Origin: Octopus bimaculoides
Taxonomy: Eukaryota
DNA: 64,000 nt
Direction of reading: 5' to 3'
Assembly: GCF_001194135.2 (NCBI RefSeq)
Contig: NC_068982.1
Coordinates: forward strand, 150,291,135-150,355,134
How positions within the stretch are numbered: the stretch's first letter is position 1; the number at the start of each line of letters is the position of its first letter. Below the pieces are notes generated by a model. The model searched no databases, was not told where the DNA came from, and saw only the letters and a program-made list of their open reading frames with translations. Shown one piece after another: positions 27,618 to 39,621 of this stretch. The translations under genes were made by a program, and so were the position numbers.

Positions 27618-28398
27618 CCGTATTTTCGGTGTATAAGTCGCTATTTTTTTACCTGGAAAATTTAGTGCACGGCTTATAGAAAAGTGCACCTAATATGTGT
27701 ACTTTATATAAGTTTCAGGAGGAAAATAATTTGTGTACTGAGATCGACTGATTCCACTGATATTTTCAGAGGAAAGGTCGGTTAGTGAACAACGTGAAAG
27801 ACTACGGCTACAGTACATAGGTGCTTGGAAGAAAACAATGCATATTTGTTTTGTTTTACCTTCACGTTTTGATAATGTTATTTTTAATCTAATAAAAACT
27901 TTTATTTTGACGAAATGTGTTTGTAGTTGATTATAGTAGGATAAAATCATAACAATAACAAAACATCTCATAGTTGTAAAATAAGGCATTTTGAAACTAC
28001 ATACACGTCAACAACAACAAAATTAGCTGCGGACCCGTAGCTCTATAGGTCTTTTAAGCACCGGTGCGCTTTATGTGTGGATAAAACCAAAATTTTCCCC
28101 AAAATTCGGCCCTGCGGCTTAACCACCGATGTTGAGCAAACGAATAAATATATGTAAATAATATTTCTTCCTTCTTGGTGTTGATTTTTCGATGTTTACT
28201 GGTTACTCCGATGCTAGAACCAAAAAAAAAGCGTATAATATGCAACACAGGCAGTAAACAAAAAATTGAAGTGGAACAGAGTGGTGACACTGATGTTCAG
28301 TTTGTTGGTCGATGTTTACAGGAAAAACATGAGCAAGGAGGAAGATCCAGAGACTTCCAATTCTGAGGATAAAGGGTTGGATGAAATGTTAAATACGG
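27618..28398. mobile_element. Possible Tc2/pogo-type (Tc1/mariner superfamily) non-autonomous element
   Basis: TA|CCGTATTTTCGGTGTATAAGTCGC at left, GGCTTATA subterminal motif, AAATACGG|TA at right (only 8 bp of perfect TIR). Confidence 0.45.
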
Positions 28399-29642
28399 TA
28401 TTAGGTGTATGTAACAATAGGGATGACTCGAGGAAACGAGTGCATTGAATTAGTCACAGTTACAGACATTAGTGGAACAGGAACCTTACCAATAGCTACA
28501 AAAAATATTTATATATTTATGGAATAAAATATATCAGTCATTGTACTGTTAGTGGCAAATTATAAATTTAATCAATATATTGCTTGTGTGTGTATGTATG
28601 TGTGTTTTGATATTGTTGTGTAACCGAGGTCTGATCCGGTGGAACCAGCCAATAATGAAAGGTATTCTAGCTCTAACTGTCCTGCCATTTTCGTGCATAA
28701 TGCATCGATAATTACATCATCCAATATATCATTTTCTTTTTAAGAAGATAGGATGGAATTTGAGGGTGATCCTATTGCTATTTCTACCTGAACGAGCGAT
28801 CACGTAGAAACTAGAAATGACTTGTGTTTTGTATGCGCGCATGACGACTACAATCTCCAAGACATGGGTACAATATTTTAATGTGGGTGGCACAACAGGG
28901 CCAACAGGTGTTTAATTGTTGCAGTATTTGAGTCTATGAAATAAATAGAAGTGTAGGCATTGGGATTTAATTTTAATTCGAGATGTATGATCACTGTGAA
29001 ATTTTATTTGAGTCTATGAGATGTAGTATTTGTATAAAATTATCAAATGTTTTTTTAAAGTTTATGTGTTGTAAATAAACTTATATGCAAGTAAATACGG
29101 GGCTTTAACGTTTTAAATGTATATCTTGTAATATGTGTAATACTTTTCAATGAAGTTGGTCAAGATAATCTCACACCAACATACTCCATTTTATGAATAT
29201 TTTTATGTGGAGGTGGGTTCTTGCGATGGGTCTAGAGTTGAGTTCTTTTTATATTTTGCTTTGTTTTGCTTTGTTTTATTTACTTTTTTTAAAATTTTCC
29301 CATGTGGTGTCTGTCGTTTGACATTGCTTCTAATTTAGAAAGTGAGTTTCGTGTTTAAAAATAAAATGCGTTGCTGGTGTGTCTGGTGTTTTTCATTTGG
29401 AATATAGCCATTTTATTTAACCTCTCATGGTTTCTCGTCTGTCATTTCTCAGTCCGTGAATATTCCCATAATCCGCCCACCTTCCTTACCTTCATGTCTT
29501 TATTTTTCTCTTTCCTACAGACTACGATTCTTTCTAAATACCTTGTCTTTCACATCATCTCTTACCTCTTTCTCAATTCCCATTTATCTAACTTTCTTTC
29601 TATACATATATCTATCTGCCTACATGTCTCATTATATCGCAT

Positions 29643-29742
<100 letters not shown>

Positions 29743-30022
29743 GCTCTCACACGCACACGCACAGATGCACATACACACACTCACACACACACTTCCTTTC
29801 TCTCTCTGTTTCCCTTTTCTCTCTATCTCACTCACTGCTTAATTCGTTCTGTCACTCAACATCTTTCTTGCTTTTGCTACTATTATCGTTTCATATGTGT
29901 GAGTGTGTGAGTGTGTGTGTATGCATCTATGTATGGGTGTGCGTATATATACACACATATACATATATATATATGTGTATGTGTGTGTATATATATATAA
30001 ATATACATATATATATATATAT

Positions 30023-30072
<50 letters not shown>

Positions 30073-30084
30073 ATNNNNNNNNNN

Positions 30085-30153
<69 letters not shown>

Positions 30154-30191
30154 ATACATACATACATATATTCCTTTTGTATTATTTTTAG

Positions 30192-30376
30192 AATGTGGTG
30201 GCAAAATCCGTGTCTATTCACCAGGAAATCTGACGACTCCGGGTTACCCTGGCAACTACCCAAAAGATAGCTTCTGTATTTGGCTATTGGAGGCTAAAGA
30301 TGGCTATATCGTTCAATTGACCATACATCAATTTAACGGTCACAGTTTAAATAACAGCTGTCGGGATTTCATTCAG
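30192..30376 (+). CDS. Exon encoding the N-terminal half of a CUB domain (CUB-domain-containing protein)
   Basis: ttttAG|AATGT...ATTCAG|GTaata; phase 1 to phase 0; (E)CGGKIRVYSPGNLTTPGYPGNYPKDSFCIWLLEAKDGYIVQLTIHQFNGHSLNNSCRDFIQ, with the CGG, PxYPxxYP, CxW and C-D motifs. Confidence 0.93.
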
Positions 30377-30679
30377 GTAATATTATTGTTCACTCATTAC
30401 ATATGAGACTCATATTGTTGCTAATGTGTGTGGTGTATTCATGTACTTGTGAATTTATTATTAACTATGTGTGTATCTATTCATATATATATATAAATAG
30501 ATAGACAGACAGAGAGACAGACAGACACATAGAGAGATAGATACTTTCTTACATACATACATACATAAATCGATAGATATATGTGTGTATATGAATATTA
30601 TGTGTGCGTGTATATGAGTGTGTGTATTCATGTGCGTGTGTGTGTGTGTGTGTAGTCAAATCAAATAAACGAACAATAA

Positions 30680-30840
30680 AATTAACAATAACAAGTAACA
30701 AGAGGACGTGCACAAGGAATTATTAGTTTGAGGTCAGTAAAAAGAAACAGCTTTTGACGTTTCGAGCATATCTCTTCGTCAGAGAGGAGAAAGGGAAAAG
30801 TCCAAAGAAGGAAAAGAAATCACCAGCAGTACGTGTGTAG
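30680..30840 (-). mobile_element. Penelope-like terminal-repeat remnant carrying a minimal hammerhead (core 30756-30782)
   Basis: Minus strand CTGACGA-A-GAG-atatg-CTC-GAAA-C-GTC; same family as 34096-34285. Confidence 0.7.
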
Positions 30841-30883
30841 CTATATTGTTGAGGTGACTGGAAATGGAAAAAGTGGAAAAAAA

Positions 30884-30941
<58 letters not shown>

Positions 30942-31234
30942 NNNNNNNNNNNNNNNNNNNNNNNNNNNNNNNNNNNNNNNNNNNNNNNNNNNNNNNNNNN
31001 NNNNNNNNNNNNNNNNNNNNNNNNNNNNNNNNNNNNNNNNNNNNNNNNNNNNNNNNNNNNNNNNNNNNNNNNNNNNNNNNNNNNNNNNNNNNNNNNNNNN
31101 NNNNNNNNNNNNNNNNNNNNNNNNNNNNNNNNNNNNNNNNNNNNNNNNNNNNNNNNNNNNNNNNNNNNNNNNNNNNNNNNNNNNNNNNNNNNNNNNNNNN
31201 NNNNNNNNNNNNNNNNNNNNNNNNNNNNNNNNNN

Positions 31235-31271
<37 letters not shown>

Positions 31272-32360
31272 AAAGGATACGTTGTAACACTATTCTGCAT
31301 ATACAAAAACAACTATACCAACAATCCAACATAGCTCCTTCATCAGCTGCCCCACGGATATCATTATAGTTTCGACACCTAGGCAGTACCATTCAATCCG
31401 GCGGTGTCAACAGCACTAAAAGAAATGATGTTTGGGAATAAACATACCAAAAAAAATCCACAACTTTCAAACACATTTACCCTATGTACAACAGTATTTA
31501 GTCTAAATATAGGCGGGATTGAACACTAACTTTAAAATTAAACTACAACAAGAAACACATAAGTCTATGTGCATCTGTATTGGCATTGATAGTAAACCTA
31601 CAATAACTAAATTATATACTAAATAGCGGCCAATCTTTAAGTCCATACAAATAATAACCAGTCTTCCATAGTTACTACTATGATAAAAGAAAGTGAAAAC
31701 TTTATTTCAGTTCTCTTCAAAACAAAACACGATTGAATTTAATTTAACGAATAATATAATAATTATGAGCGAAAAACATTATTTCATAATTCAAAAGTTA
31801 ATTATAAAAACACTTCATACTCTTAATATATATTACCCTTACAAGCTATAATGTAAACTTACCAGTAACTAATAGAACCATTAAATTTATTAAATAGGAA
31901 CTAATAAAAGCATTATTATAAAATTAACTATTATTATAAAACATTGCTACAATTAAAGCTAAATTAAAACTGTTTAAAAGATAATAAAACTACAAAGTAT
32001 TAACACTTACATGTTTTTTTTTCAAACCACATGGTTCCATCACTTCTAGAACTTAAAAGAATATCTTAAATATAGATGATGTAGTACGTAATTACTACTT
32101 CCTCAATTGTCTCAAACAATATCGGTGACGTAGTAAGCAAATAACTTGAATCGTAAACATTCCAAATCTTTACAAATATTTGCTAAGTTGAAGACTAAAT
32201 ACTACTCTATATTAATTTTAAATTTCAAGTCTTCCACCTAAACAGCAATTAAAGGTTTTACTATATCTATACCCTTGTTTTATTAAATGTCTTAACAGTC
32301 AATTTATTATATATAAAAATGTATTAGCATTATTAATAACAGTACTATATCTATTTGCCC

Positions 32361-32401
<41 letters not shown>

Positions 32402-32588
32402 CAGTTAGAAAATGGAGGAGAATATGCGGTATCCATCGACTTGCAGACAGTGTATTCCGTTGAATTAATTAATTTATTTTGTAACTAAAATGACAAAAAC
32501 CACAATATACAAATGCTTATGACATACCATGCTATATTAACAATCAAGGTTACAAATATAGAGTACATTAGGAATTTGAGAATAAACA

Positions 32589-32722
32589 GAAACTTACAGC
32601 TGTTTCGGCCTAGCGTTGGCATGCCCCATTCTATCCGAATAGCTCCTGTGTGCCGGAGTAATGAGCAGATGAAATGCTGAAATGGGGGTACATGCATGAT
32701 TCGCTAGACTCTTCAGAGATTC
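32589..32722 (-). ncRNA. Type I hammerhead ribozyme with a long branched stem II
   Basis: GAATCT-CTGAAGA-GTCTAGCG...CGCTAGGCC-GAAA-CAGCTGTA-AGTTTC; palindromic stem III ACAGCTGT, GUA triplet, 5 of 6 stem I pairs, 1-nt defect at the base of stem II. Confidence 0.75.
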
Positions 32723-33152
32723 ACAAAAATTCAACACAAATATAAATTAAAAAATAAAAATTAAAATTAAAATAAAATAGAAATAAAAATAAGAATACAG
32801 TAAAAATAAAAATAAATAAATGAAAAATGAAAATATAAAAATATAAGGCACATAAAAAGCCTACAAACAGTATATAAGGTCATACAAACAGTTTTAGAGA
32901 CTCCAATACACATGTCTGTGTCTGTGTACATAACCATACTTGGATATCAAGGGATTCAAAAGCATATATAGATGAGTACATATGTGTGTCCAGATGTACG
33001 TCAACAGTCACTGCCACCACATGTGAGGGGGAAATATACATATATATATATCTATCCCCTCACACATACTTACACACATACACATATGTATGCACAAATA
33101 TTCACATACGTACATGGTCCCTGGCACCAACGTTATTCGTTATATATATATA

Positions 33153-33646
33153 TATAAAGTTAAATAGGTATCATTACCATTATTAATAATAATAATGATA
33201 ATGATAATAAAGTAGCTAGCAAGTTTACACCTTTATAAGTAAAATATTTTTAAAACATTCACTAGGGTATTAAAATACCACTTGCTATAAACATCTATCG
33301 CTCAAAAACCACAAATAACTCACTATTAAAGTACACACGGCGAATGCAACAAACATAACAGAAATAGTCTTACCTTGTATGAACTAGGAATGTGTATAAC
33401 CCGGGATCAATTGATTTCGCTTTCTGTATGAAAAACATAAGCTCGTCAGCCGGACTTAACGCAACATCTATTTCTGAAATATTCATCACATTATACCATG
33501 TGCGCTCTTACATTTGAATGCCACCTTGACATTCATACACGAACATAACGTGAGCCAGTATAATATAAAGTTAAATAGGTATCATTACCATTATTAATAA
33601 TAATAATGATAATAATAAAGCGGCTAGCAGGTTTACACCTTTGTAG
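33153..33646 (-). mobile_element. Retrozyme-like ~411-nt hammerhead monomer, about 1.2 tandem units
   Basis: TATAAAGTTAAATAGGTATC recurs at 33153 and 33564 (about 85-bp direct repeat); contains the hammerhead at 33398-33456. Confidence 0.75.
33398..33456 (-). ncRNA. Type I hammerhead ribozyme with intact core
   Basis: AGTCCGG-CTGACGA-GCTT...AAGC-GAAA-TC-AATT-GATC-CCGGGTT: all conserved core nucleotides present, G10.1-C11.1, AUC triplet, 7-bp stem I including two G-U pairs. Predicted cleavage between 33405 and 33404. Confidence 0.88.
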
Positions 33647-33650
33647 CTCT

Positions 33651-34095
33651 GTTTATAGCAAGTGGCATTTTAATACTCTACTGAATTTTGTTTATATTTT
33701 ACCTATAAATGTGTGAACTTGCTAGCCACTTTATTACTATTAATAATGGTAATGATACATATTTATCTTTATATTATACTGGCTCACGTTATGTTCATTT
33801 TTTAACGTCTCGGGGACATTCAAATGTAAGAACGCACACGGTGTAATGCGATGGATATTTCAGAAATAGATGTCGTTGCGTTAAGTCTGACTGACGAGCT
33901 TAAGTATGTTTTTCATACAGAAAGCGAAATCAATTAAGCCCGGAATATACGCATTCCTTGCTTCTGTAGTTCATACAAGGTAAACCTATTTCTATCATGT
34001 TTGTTTCATTCGCCATGTGTATTTTAATAATGAGTAATTTGTAGTTTTAGAGCGATAGATGTTTATAGCAAGTGGTATTTTAATACCCTATTGAA
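33651..34095 (+). mobile_element. Inverted, circularly permuted copy of the 411-nt monomer with a degenerate hammerhead (33891-33944)
   Basis: Reverse complement of 33153-33563 in a permuted register; CTGACGA-GCTT..AAGC-GAAA-TCAATT followed by AAGC instead of GATC. Confidence 0.8.
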
Positions 34096-34285
34096 TTTTG
34101 TGTGTGTTGGCGATTTTTTCTTCCTTCGTCTTTCCTTTCTTTGGACTTTCCTATGTTTCCGATGAAGAACTCCGCTCGAAACTTCAAATTCTCTTTCTTT
34201 CCTTTCCCGAGCGTCCAGTAACACAATCTGTATCACGTCCTCACGTTGTTGTTTTTTGTTGTTGTTTTTCTGTCGTTTTCCTTTT
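34096..34285 (+). mobile_element. Penelope-like terminal-repeat remnant with a mutated minimal hammerhead (34159-34185)
   Basis: CCGATGA-A-GAA-ctccg-CTC-GAAA-C-TTC; homologous to the reverse complement of 30680-30840; ends at (TA)n. Confidence 0.65.
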
Positions 34286-34288
34286 TTG

Positions 34289-34349
<61 letters not shown>

Positions 34350-35417
34350 TGTATCCACAAGAATATTGGATGTTGTTATCCACGCTAGTCACAATGCGCT
34401 TACTCACATTGTTATATCTTTCGAATAATTTCACCCACTGCCTAGGTGGGCAGGCCAACATTCCCCATGAACGGAACGCCAATCCGTCGCAGGGTTACAC
34501 ATTTACGTAAATTAAAGGTGAATATGACCGGCTGAAGTTACGACGGAAAGCATCAACTGAATGCATACACACATATTGTGTATGCGTTTGCGTGTGTCTA
34601 TGTGTGCATGTGCATATACATCTGTGTGTGTACACATAAACATAGACACATATATATGTGAGTCTTCGCTAATATATTTTCTGATATCTCTCTATATACT
34701 TACCCGTTATTCTTTTTCTTCTTATTCTCTCTTAATTTTTATGTACACACTGCCATTTCAGCGTAGTAATTTTGTAGACGAAACCCTATCAGTATTTAGA
34801 GTTTGAAAATATTTATGTCGAAATGTCAAAAGACCGTTGCTTAACAACGGTGTGATATTTTGATCGTCTTAGATATAAAACGATTCAGTGGCGATAAAAA
34901 CGTCTTTTTCTCGTAAATGTTGATTTAATCTACATAGATCTTGGGAAGTTTACTAATCACTGATTAATTAGCGTAAACAAAAGGTGTTTCGAAAATGGAG
35001 ATCTCTAACAAAGTTATAGGCTGAGATGGTTATAGGTGTGTGTGTGTTTAGATATATGAATATGTATGTTGTTTTAATTTTGATTTAATTAACGCTTGAA
35101 AGAACATCAAAAATTTCAATCATTCATCATATTTTTTGTCTATTTGTTTGTTTTGGGAGGGTGAGGTATTCTGGAGGTTCGCACTTAGTGAGAAATTCTG
35201 TGTACCAACCGAGTGAGTCATCAGTTTGAATGAATAAAGTATCTCTACAACATATTGAACATATTTTATCTCGTATAGTTTCAATATGGATAAGTCAGCG
35301 TGGGTATGTATATATGTATGTGCATGTATGTATTATGTATGTATGTATGTATGTATGTACATGTATGTATGTTTACATATAGACATATATATGTATATGT
35401 ATATATATGTATGTATA

Positions 35418-35462
<45 letters not shown>

Positions 35463-36954
35463 TATACATACATACATATATAATATATACATATCTATAT
35501 ATATATTCACCACACACAGACACACGCATATTTATTTATAAGCATGTGTGCCTATGCATGTGCATGCGCGCGTGTGTTGGGGAATGTGTGTATGTTTCTC
35601 CTTGTCTGTCTTTAATGTATGTACATAATCTCTATCAGCAACACTGTGATGGAGTAACTTATCGGAAAGTTTTCGATCCAAATCCTTTGCCAGAAGAATG
35701 GATATTAATACAAAAAGTGGTACAGTACTGGATGCATACGAAATAAAATTCATTGACTTTCAAAAGCTATGGCCTTCGTTCAGAAGTACCACTTTAAGGT
35801 TAAGATCACAGAATTATGTCTGCAGTCACAAACCTTACTGATAAAGAATGACATTCTGCTGTTCACCGAATCGTTAGCCTTTAGAGCTAAGGATCTAAGT
35901 CTTGTAATATGATACAGAAAGTTCAAAGCACATCTGAAACTACGACCAACTGAAGGTGTTTTGTCCAGTAAAACTAATTTAATTAGGTTAGATTTCAAGA
36001 AACCGAACATGTCATTTTCAAACTAGACAGGCTACGATGTATCATGTTATCGAGGATCGATAATTAATCATGTTACAGAGAATCAATAATTAATAATGAA
36101 CTCGTCTCTTTTTCCCTTTCCAATATTCTTTTCTTTTTCTCTCATTATTATTCTTGTTTTTGAATTCACAAAATGGATGGCCGATAAGTATCCAGAAGGC
36201 AACATGATGGCGACTTATTTATAATGGATAACCCACGTTTTAGCGAACTAGAATGACGTTAAGATAATTATGGCGGAATAAAAAATTTTAAATTGCGAGA
36301 CAGTAAATTAGAAAACTTATTGTATCCAGTCTCACCGTCTAAATTTCTACCTAACTTACAAAGAAATAAACACCATCACTTCTTTGAAGTACATTTCTCT
36401 AAAACGGAGTACTTCGTCATTTGTTGAAACAAATTACTGGCAATTTACTTTTCAAGCACAAAGTTTGCAAAACAGTCCCCTCATCAATTCGAATCCATTT
36501 TTTCTTTCTTATAAAGGCTATAATCCATTTCTATCTCAATATGTGTGTGCGCGCGCACACATCTATATTATACATCTATAATTAGCAAACCCGGTTTATA
36601 CATATACCTGAAGATTTGACATTTCCAATAATGCTAAAATAATGCTGATACGATGCATTATTTCGTATATTATTTAATATTCCAGTAATAATTCTTCTGG
36701 TAAAGTGTCGATGAAACAAATGTAGTATTATGCTATAAAATGTGTTGCTCACTCCATTCTCTTTGTTTCTATATACATGGTGTGTATATAATATATATAT
36801 ATGCATATGTATGTATATATATGTATATGTGCGCGTGTGTGTGTATATGTATATATGTGTATGTATGTATGCATGTATATATATATATATATATATAAAG
36901 ATATATGTGTGTATGTGTATATATATATAAACATTCTGAGTATGTGCTTAGCTG

Positions 36955-38125
36955 CATGCATGGCTGTATGGGTATGAAGTTCGCCTTGCAACCGCATAGT
37001 TTCGGGTTTCATTCCTGCTGTGTGTCACCTTGGACAAGTAGCTGACCAACACCCCGCTAATTTGGTAGACGTAAATTGTCTGGAAGGTTGTCATGAGAGC
37101 GTGCGAGTGCGAGTGTGTGTGTGTGTATGTGTGTGTGTTGTGTGTGTTGTGTGCGTGTGTCTGTGTGTCTGTGTCTGTGTGTGTATGAGTGTGTGTGTGA
37201 GAGAGAGAGAGAGTTTCTGTATTTGCCTTGCACCACTAGACAACCGGTGTCGATTTGTTTACGCCTCTATATCATAGCAGTTCAGCAAAGAGAGAACGAT
37301 AGACCAGATTTTAAATAAGTATTGGAATCGATTCAATCGTAAAACGTCTTTGAAAGCAGCTCCCAGCATGGCGTCGGCCTAATAACTGAAACAAGTAAAA
37401 GAATAAAAGAATGTACATATAAACAAGTAAAAGAATAAAAGAATGTACATATAAACATTTTATATGAGCTAGGCAAAACAAATATTTAATATCTGCATAT
37501 CCATAAAATTCTTATACAAATACACTCACATACACGCGCGCGCATATACTTTTATAATATGTTGCATAACGATTATGTAAGCTTGTGTATTAGTTTACTT
37601 AAATCTAATAACATTTCTGAAAGGCCAGTGATCATTTCCACACTATGGCATCGTTCTAAAAATACCTTTTATCTTTTACTTGTTTCTGACATTGGACTGT
37701 GACTATACTGGGGTACTACTTTGGAGGTACTTACACTGTGACTATACTGGGGTACCGCCTTGAATGTACCTCCGTACTAAACTTTTTTAAGCTTGGTATT
37801 TATTCTTCCCGTGTCTTTTAGCCGAAACGCTAAGTTACAGGGACGTAAACAAACCGACACTGGCTGTCAAATGGTGAAGTGGAGACAAACACACACATAT
37901 ATATGTATGTATATCTCTGCGTAGCACCTTGGGCAAGCGTCTTCTACCATAGCTCTGAGCCGGCCAAAGCCTTGTGAGTGGATTTCATGGATAAAAACTG
38001 TGCGTGTGTATATCTATGTGTGTGTGTGCACGAGCTATAGTAGAAGACACTTGCCCGAGATGCCACACAGTGGTAATCAACCCAGAACTATATGGTTGAG
38101 AAACAAACGTCTTATCACATAGCCA
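36955..38125. mobile_element. Cluster of degenerate SINE family A copies in both orientations
   Basis: Plus copy at about 36955-37425 (32-bp tail duplication), minus 37670-37900, plus 37920-37990, minus head 38030-38125. Confidence 0.75.
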
Positions 38126-38710
38126 CGCCTGTGGCTATATATANNNNNNNNNNNNNNNNNNNNNNNNNNNNNNNNNNNNNNNNNNNNNNNNNNNNNNNNN
38201 NNNNNNNNNNNNNNNNNNNNNNNNNNNNNNNNNNNNNNNNNNNNNNNNNNNNNNNNNNNNNNNNNNNNNNNNNNNNNNNNNNNNNNNNNNNNNNNNNNNN
38301 NNNNNNNNNNNNNNNNNNNNNNNNNNNNNNNNNNNNNNNNNNNNNNNNNNNNNNNNNNNNNNNNNNNNNNNNNNNNNNNNNNNNNNNNNNNNNNNNNNNN
38401 NNNNNNNNNNNNNNNNNNNNNNNNNNNNNNNNNNNNNNNNNNNNNNNNNNNNNNNNNNNNNNNNNNNNNNNNNNNNTATATATATATATATATATATATA
38501 TAATAGAAAACATATGGATGTATATAAAGGAAATGGAAAAGAATCGCACTGTATTAAGAATACACGATTTTCATAAATATCTACATCTGCTGTTGTTGCT
38601 TTTGTGGCATTTTCATTAATTGTTGTTGTCATCTACAATAAATGTCCATTTTATATTGCAATCGAATTAATTATGCGATACTTTGATTCTTCCTTTAACA
38701 CCAACACCAG

Positions 38711-38870
38711 ATTCGAGATGGCAGTAGCGTTTCTCAAGAGTTGCTGTATAGCTGCAATACAACAAACAAAGTAGTTAATTCAACCAGTCGTCGATTATGG
38801 ATTAAATTTAAGAGTGACAGCTTAATAAACAACAAAGGACTTGCTTCATCCTGGGATACTCACTACACAG
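38711..38870 (+). CDS. Exon encoding the C-terminal half of the same CUB domain
   Basis: caccAG|ATTCGA...ACACAG|GTtcgt; 160 bp, phase 0 to phase 1; IRDGSSVSQELLYSCNTTNKVVNSTSRRLWIKFKSDSLINNKGLASSWDTHYT (DG, C, LxIxFxSD and G motifs); joins the 30192-30376 exon in frame. Confidence 0.9.
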
Positions 38871-39294
38871 GTTCGTTTTGAAGAAAGAAAAAAACACTCT
38901 TCATTTCTTTTTTTGCAATCCAAGTTTATGCTTTAATATATTGCTTGCGGAAATGTAAGTTTCGATGATTGCTTATAACTGGATATGTTTTTCTTTTTGC
39001 TTTTCCGTTTCACTTACCATCTCTTCATCCTGTAAATATGGTTCAAAAAAATTAAGTTCGCGATCCTATTTCGATACTAGTTGAAACAGATTTATGTCGC
39101 TAGCATTGCATGGACGTTATATTATCTCATTGCTTTTATTTATGGAAAGTGAAGCCTTGTACCTATGAACCTTAGTAAGAAGTTAGTTAATATTCCTTGA
39201 TTTCTTTTAATATTGAACTAGCAGAGTTACACAAATCGATGGTTTGAAAACATCTGTATTTCGCAGATATTCATAGATATATGCATATATATCT

Positions 39295-39592
39295 TTCGTC
39301 TTTTATCTTTTACTTGTTTCAGTCATTAGACTGTGGCCATATTAGAGCACTGCCTTGAAGAATTTTTAGTCGAATGAATCAACCCCGATACTTATTTCTG
39401 TTAAGCCTAGTATTTATTGTATTGATCACTTTTGCCAAACCGCTAAGTTACGAGAACGTAAACATATCAACACCGGTTGTCAAGCGGTGGTAGGGAACAA
39501 ACACACACACATACTTGCCCAAGGTGCCACACAGTGGGACTGAACCCGCAACTATGTAGTTGGGAAGCAAGCGTCTTACTACACAGCCACGC
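39295..39592 (-). mobile_element. SINE family A (internally deleted)
   Basis: Reverse complement of the family A head and tail. Confidence 0.85.
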
Positions 39593-39621
39593 TTGCAATT
39601 ATATAAATATACGTTGAATAT

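Noticed and set aside
28841-28907. ATG-initiated phase-1 segment that could splice to the CUB exon
   Set aside because: Weak donor (GTGTTT) and no signal-peptide character; insufficient support.
31420-32330. Possible Penelope RT/GIY-YIG ORF between the hammerheads
   Set aside because: No convincing motif in any frame; only a weak YVTDI resemblance.
35630-36030. Open stretches QHCDGVTYRKVFDPNPLPEEW... inside the CUB intron
   Set aside because: No recognisable domain, contains stops, and would interrupt the CUB fold.
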